Shown: one piece after another, positions 61,001 to 64,000 of the stretch | Layout of the letters: each line of letters opens with the position of its first letter | Position numbering within the stretch: position 1 is the stretch's first letter | Assembly: GCA_964016885.1 (NCBI GenBank) | Contig: OZ024743.1 | Span: forward strand, 210,738,001 to 210,802,000 | Length of the DNA: 64,000 nucleotides | Direction of reading: 5' to 3' | Origin: Eledone cirrhosa | Lineage: Eukaryota | Made by a program: the position numbers and the translations under genes | Notes under the pieces: generated by a model | Told to the model about the DNA's origin: nothing | Seen by the model: only the letters and a program-made list of their open reading frames with translations | Databases searched by the model: none

Positions 61001-64000
61001 CTCTTCACTCCATAAGATATACCACAGTTTACCATCCTATAGCCACAGATGAAAGCTCTTCACCCCATAAGATATACCACAGTTTACCATCCTATAGCCA
61101 CACATGAAAGCTCTTCACTCCATAGGATATACCACAGTTTACCATCCTATAGCCACACATGAAAGCTCTTCACTCCATAAGATATACCACAGTTTACCAT
61201 CCTATAGCCACACATGAAAGCTCTTCACTCCATAAGATATACCATAGTTTACGATCCTATAGCCACACATGAAAGCTCTTCACTCCATAAGATATACCAC
61301 AGTTTACCATCCTATAGCCACACATGAAAGCTCTTCACTCCATAAGATATACCACAGTTTACCATCCTATAGCCACAGATGAAGGCTCTTCACTCCATAA
61401 GATATACCACAGTTTACCATCCTATGGCCACACATGAAAGCACTTAACCCATAAGATATACCACAGTTTACCATCCTTTCGCAAGATGAAAGCTCTTCAC
61501 TCCATAAGATATACCACAGTTTACCATCCCATAGCCACACATGAAAGCTCTTCACTCCATAAGATATACCACAGTTTACCATCCTATAGCCACACATGAA
61601 AGCTCTTCACTACATAAGATATACCACAGTTTACCATCCTGTAGCCAGATGAAAGCTCTTCACTCCATAAGATATACCACAGATTACCATCCTATAGCCA
61701 CACATGAAAGCTCCTCACTCCATAAGATATACCTCAGTTTACCAACCTATAGGCACAGATGAAAGCTCTTCACTCCATAAGATATACCAGTTTACCATCC
61801 TATAGCCACAGATGAAAGCTCTTCACTCCATAAGATATACCACAGTTTACCACCCTATAGCCAGATGAAAGCTCTTCACTCCATAAGATATACCAGTTTA
61901 CCATCCAAAAGCAACAGATGAAAGCAATTCACTCCATAAGATATACCACAGTTCACCACCCTATAGCCAGATGAAAGCTCTTCACTCCATAAGATATACC
62001 ACAGTTTACCATCCTATAGCCACACATGAAAGCTCTTCACTCCATAAGATATACCACAGTTTACCATCATATAGCCATCGATGAATGCTCTTCACTCCAT
62101 AAGATATACCACAGTTTACCATCCTATAGCCACAGATGAAAGCTCTTCACCCCATAAGATATACCACAGTTTACCATCCTAGAGCCAGATGAAAGCTCTT
62201 CACTCCATAAGATATACCACAGTTTACCATCCTATAGCCACAGATGAAAGCTCTTCACTCCATAAGATATACCACAGTTTACCATCCTATAGCCACACAT
62301 GAAAGCTCTTTACTCCATAAGATATACCACAGTTTACCATCCTATAGCCACACATGAGAGCTCTTCACTCCATAAGATATGCCACAGTTTACCATCCTAT
62401 GGCCACACATGAAAGCCCTTCACCCCATAAGATATACCACAGTTTACCATCCTATGGCTACACATGAAAGCTCTTCACTCCATAAGATATACCATAGTTT
62501 ACCATCATATGGCCATACATGAAAGCTCTTCACTCCATAAGATATACTACAGTTTACCATCATATAGCCACAGATGAAAGCTCTTCACTCCATAAGATAT
62601 ACCACAGTTTACCATCCTATAGTCACAGATGAAAGCTCTTCACTCCATAAGATATACCACAGTTTACCATCCTATACCCAGATGAAAGCTCTTCACTCCA
62701 TAAGATATACCTCAGTTTACCAACATATAGCCACTGATGAAACTCTTCACTCCATAAGATATACCACAGTTTAAAATCCTGTAGCCAGATGAAAGCTCTT
62801 CACCACATAAGATATACCACACTTTACCATCCTATAGCCAGATGAAAGCTCTTCAATCCATAAGATATACCAGAGTTTACCATCCTATAGCCACTGATGA
62901 AAGCTCTTCACTCCATAAGATATACCACAGTTTACCATCCTATGGCCACACATGAAAGCTCTTCACCCATAAGATATACCACAGTTTACCATCATATAGC
63001 CATCGATGAATGCTCTTCACTCGATAAGATATACCACAGTTTACCATCCTATAGCCACAGATGAAAGCTCTTCACCCCATAAGATATACCAGTTTACCAT
63101 CCAAAAGCAACATATGAAAGCAATTCACTCCATAAGATATACCACAGTTCACCACCCTATAGCCAGATGAAAGCTCTTCACTCCATAAGATATACCACAG
63201 TTTACCATCCTATAGCCACACATGAAAGCTCTTCACTCCATAAGATATACCACAGTTTACCATCATATAGCCATCGATGAATGCTCTTCACTCCATAAGA
63301 TATACCACAGTTTACCATCCTATAGCCACAGATGAAAGCTCTTCACCCCATAAGATATACCACAGTTTACCATCCTAGAGCCAGATGAAAGCTCTTCACT
63401 CCATAAGATATACCACAGTTTACCATCCTATAGCCACAGATGAAAGCTCTTCACTCCATAAGATATACCACAGTTTACCATCCTATAGCCACACATGAAA
63501 GCTCTTTACTCCATAAGATATACCACAGTTTACCATCCTATAGCCACACATGAGAGCTCTTCACTCCATAAGATATACCACAGTTTACCATCCTATGGCC
63601 ACACATGAAAGCCCTTCACCCCATAAGATATACCACAGTTTACCATCCTATGGCTACACATGAAAGCTCTTCACTCCATAAGATATACCATAGTTTACCA
63701 TCATATGGCCATACATGAAAGCTCTTCACTCCATAAGATATACTACAGTTTACCATCATATAGCCACAGATGAAAGCTCTTCACTCCATAAGATATACCA
63801 CAGTTTACCATCCTATAGTCACAGATGAAAGCTCTTCACTCCATAAGATATACCACAGTTTCCCATCCTATACCCAGATGAAAGCTCTTCACTCCATAAG
63901 ATATACCTCAGTTTACCAACCTATAGCCACTGATGAAACTCTTCACTCCATAAGATATACCACAGTTTAAAATCCTGTAGCCAGATGAAAGCTCTTCACC
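52000..64000. repeat. Domain D2: more homogeneous HOR with ~2.55-2.93 kb units and 921-bp and 1196-bp local duplications
   Basis: ORF offsets are 2549/2551 (54544/57093, 55888/58439, 56062/58613), 2928 (58439/61367, 58613/61541, 59646/62574), 921 (53193/54114) and 1196 (62574/63770). Confidence 0.87.

Larger units (their letters stand above)
1..64000. repeat. Satellite DNA tandem array, ~55-bp monomer (53/54/55-bp length variants), ~1,180 copies, single orientation, runs off both window edges
   Basis: Every line consists of ATGAAAGCTCTTCACTCCATAAGATATACCACAGTTTACCATCCTATAGC followed by CACAC, CACAG or CAG, with a few substitutions per copy. Consensus composition is A19 C17 T14 G5 (40% GC). 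No unique sequence was seen. Confidence 0.99.

Noticed and set aside
6269-61597. Minus-strand ORFs (MVNCGISYGVKSF... repeats)
   Set aside because: These are reverse translations of the same satellite, short and dependent on chance loss of stop codons.
420-63970. About 90 plus-strand ORFs encoding His/Ser/Tyr-rich repeats (MKALHSIRYTTVYHPIATHESSSLHKIYHSLPSYSQ), up to 192 aa
   Set aside because: Each monomer begins with ATG, and alternating 55+53 bp (108 bp, 36 codons) keeps two stop-free frames by chance. ORFs end whenever the length pattern shifts into the TGA/TAA/TAG frame. There is no sign of frame preservation or gene structure.
1-64000. CRISPR array or other repeat-spacer or cassette system
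   Set aside because: There are no unique spacers; the whole unit is repeated, and variation is point changes inherited in blocks. No cas, recombinase or reverse transcriptase genes are present.
1-64000. Transposon-internal repeat (e.g. Helitron or MITE central array) or telomeric repeat
   Set aside because: No termini, TIRs, target-site duplications, transposase remnants or telomeric hexamers lie inside the window. A transposon origin cannot be excluded without the flanks.

Overview
The whole 64 kb window is one uninterrupted, head-to-tail satellite DNA array in a single orientation. The consensus monomer is 55 bp (ATGAAAGCTCTTCACTCCATAAGATATACCACAGTTTACCATCCTATAGCCACA[C/G]), with frequent 53-bp and occasional 54-, 52-, 56- and 49-bp variants, giving roughly 1,180 monomers (estimated as 64,000/~54.3). 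I found no credible gene, RNA gene, CRISPR array or transposon; all listed ORFs are translations of the repeat. The informative signal is the layered higher-order structure, read from diagnostic variants. A ~21-26 kb super-duplication has the form A-B-C then A'-X-B'. Nested higher-order repeats (HORs) have periods of ~1.9, ~2.6-2.9 and ~3.6-3.9 kb. A distinct variant domain D begins at ~42.25 kb. There are also readable recombination or conversion junctions and a conserved ancestral monomer order shared between distant domains. The source is probably eukaryotic heterochromatin, but the organism and any centromeric role cannot be determined from this sequence. Block boundaries are approximate (about one monomer) and were read by eye and from ORF-track offsets.
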